Assembly (NCBI RefSeq): GCF_000143415.4
Contig: NW_003314261.1
Span: 1,165,674-1,229,673 of the forward strand
Direction of reading: 5' to 3'
Length of the DNA: 64,000 bases
Origin: Selaginella moellendorffii
Lineage: Eukaryota > Plantae > Lycopodiophyta
The notes under the pieces were generated by a model. It had not been told where the DNA came from. It worked only from the letters and a program-made list of their open reading frames with translations, and did not search any database. Both the position numbers and the translations under genes were made by a program. Positions 61,809-64,000 of the stretch are shown in pieces (position 1 is the stretch's first letter; each line of letters begins with the position of its first letter).

Positions 61809-64000
61809 TGTAAGCAACTAAATTTTCCATTCTACTTTAGTCACTTAACCACACCTCCGACCACTTGGAGGAGTCTCACTCACAACCTCCATAAGTCCTA
61901 TTTCAAACTTGGGCTTGCTAGCCCCGAGAATGGCATCTCCGCCACTCAACCTTTGCACTTGGTCCAAGTGCTCTACGTGCCCGATCTCATGACCGACATT
62001 CCAAGGTACCACCAACATATCAGCCCGTTACGCTAAGGCCATGCCCATTCACCTTGGTCACACCGGTGGTCTAACACCACCTCCATCACAGTCCCGTCTC
62101 TCAAAGACTAGGCCATCCGTTCATGATCATCCCAGATTGACTCCTTAGCATCCTTAGGATGCTGATAGACATGGGGAATATCCTTCCCCCAATGTCCCTT
62201 TTTTGGTCCCCACCAAGTCCCTTTACTGTCCATGGCTATGTTCACCGACACTGCCACTAAATCAAGGCTCACAGGCCCGACCACTAAGTCCTATGGTCCT
62301 CTGGGACTTCCTCACCATGTGACTATATCCTTAGTCACTACACTAGAGGACTGCTCCTCCTCCTTTCCCCCATTTGGGACTCCGGGACAACTTTTCGGAA
62401 CACCGTGGGCCTACGCGAGCCCCGTGGGTACTCTCCCCACTTTCCGCCTTTAGGTGCTCTAGCCATGGACTTAGAGTGAGGTTCCGTTGAGCCACACTTG
62501 GTATCCAAGTAGGTAGTGCCACCTACACTTGGACTGGGAGCATTGGCCAGTCGATCTTCCGAGGGAACTAGAGTCGGCTCTTGAACACTTCACGAAGCTA
62601 CCCCGCTTGTCGGTCCGTATTCACTCTAGTCTTGAACTTCTCAGTGGTCAGTTTCTCACCCAACACTGGGTCTGGCCTTCCTGGGCCAAACTGGCTTTTC
62701 CTGGCCAAACTGGCTCCACTGCAGTCCTCCCCCTTACTATACTTTTGGAGCTCACCAAACCCCCCAGGGTCTGGGAGACGAACGCTTTGGGCTTTCATGC
62801 TCTCAGACTCGAACTTGGACTCGGACTCGGACTCGGACTCGGACTCGGGCTCAAGCTCGGACTCAGACTTGGGCTCGGTCTCGGCCTCCGCCTCAGTCTC
62901 GGTCTCGGTCCTGGTCTCGGTCTCGATCTCGGTCTCGGTCTCGGTCCCGGTCTCGGTCCCGGTCTCGGTCTCGACCTTGGACTCCATCTCGAGTCCTTCT
63001 CGGACTCCATCTTGGATTCCATCTCGGGTCCATCTCGAACTCCATCTCGGACTCCGTCTCAGTCCATCTCGGACTCCATCTCGGTCCATCTCGGACTTCA
63101 TCTCGGACTCCATCTCGGTCCATCTCGGACTCCACTTCGGACTCCATCTCGGACTCCACTTCGGACTCCATCTCAGACTCCATCTCGGACTCCACCTCAG
63201 ACTCTGTCTCGGTCCATCTCGAACTCCATCTCGGACTCTATCTCGGGTCCATCTCGGACTCCATCTGGGACTCTATCTGGGACTCCATCTTAGACTCCAT
63301 CTCGGACTCCACCTCGGACTCCACCTCGGACTCCATCTCGGACTCCATCTCGGACTCTGTCTTCGTCCATCTTGGAGTCCATCTTAGAGTCCAACTTGGG
63401 TCCATTTCGGACTCCATCTCAGACACTTCCACGTGTCATGTGTTGGTCCTTTTGGGTCCCTTTTTGGAGCCTTGCTTATTGCTCACTTCGTGCTTGTTCC
63501 TCGAGCACTTTGTTGGGAGTTCCACTCCCGCTCTCGACCTTTCAAGTCGGAGCTTTTAGTCCAAACTTGTTATGCTCGTTTGACTTTCGCTTTGGCCACT
63601 ACCATGTGGCACCCTTCCGGCTCCACTTTGGGGCCTAGGGATTTTGTGTCTCACAACTCCACCACCCATAGATGAAGTTCGATGTCCTCATCGAACGGTA
63701 AACCCTTTTATAGAGTAATACCCACATGTATTACCATTTCCATCCTTAGCCCCTGGCCAATATTTGTCTATGGTTTGACACCGAAGGCTCACCATGCCTT
63801 GTCCATCATCTAAGGAGCATAGCCTCTCTAACTTAGAGGCTCATTTGACCACTTGTGGTGGTTCTCTCCTTTTATTGGTTTAGCTCTCACTAAACTGGTT
63901 AGAGACACCCTCTCTAACTCAATTCCACTACTCATTCTTGAGTAGTCTCAGATTCTATTGACATAACCTTTGCACTTTGGAACTTTTTAGTTTTGACTTC
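61809..64000 (-). mobile_element. C-related chromovirus 3-prime LTR (61809-63655) plus PPT and 3-prime internal region, running off the window
   Basis: TGTAAG...CACA termini. ACTCCACCACCCATAG tract identical to that of C (29943). Shared ACGCTTTGGGCTTTCA motif and GACTCG arrays. Confidence 0.8.
62803..63425. repeat. Expanded minisatellite inside the LTR: (GACTCG)n to (GTCTCG)n to (GGACTCCATCTC)n
   Basis: About 620 bp of 6-bp units grading into 12-bp units. Confidence 0.92.

Noticed and set aside
62803-63425. CRISPR-like array
   Set aside because: Head-to-tail short repeats without unique spacers, in a eukaryotic LTR context.
62529-63432. Long LG/SD/RD/ESEM-repeat ORFs (also 29433-29891)
   Set aside because: By-products of stop-free 6/12-bp tandem repeats inside LTRs.

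Overview
Eukaryotic plant genomic DNA. The very short GT-AG introns (about 50-130 bp), tight gene packing and gene families point to the lycophyte Selaginella (inference). Bases 1-25,000 are a dense gene block: OGG1, UTP7/WDR46, a CGR2/3-type pectin methyltransferase, a ZFC3H1-like protein, a cyclophilin, a secreted chimeric B-lectin, a GT37 fucosyltransferase, TFIIIC subunit 5, a DnaJ-like zinc-finger protein, an HRDxRP-type cytoplasmic kinase and a nodulin-like MFS transporter. Bases 25,060-27,235 are a scrambled, condensed mosaic copy of four of these neighbouring genes. Bases 28,125-45,317 are a resolvable nest of LTR retrotransposons, each with a target-site duplication (TSD). An old short-LTR Gypsy (A) was hit by a chromovirus (C), which carries a complete 595-bp Cassandra TRIM with 5S-rRNA-derived LTRs (D). 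A was also hit by a very young, non-coding 7.3-kb element (B). A gene for an Sfi1-like repeat/coiled-coil protein lies at 47.8-50.2 kb. A second, recombined nest of the same families runs from 50.5 kb to the window end. The most notable observations are the Cassandra element, the four-gene mosaic, a dense P1BS motif cluster in front of the cyclophilin, the chimeric lectin with an unassigned N-terminal domain, and the recently mobile but ORF-less, strand-skewed B family. Family assignments come from motif recognition by eye, not from database searches.
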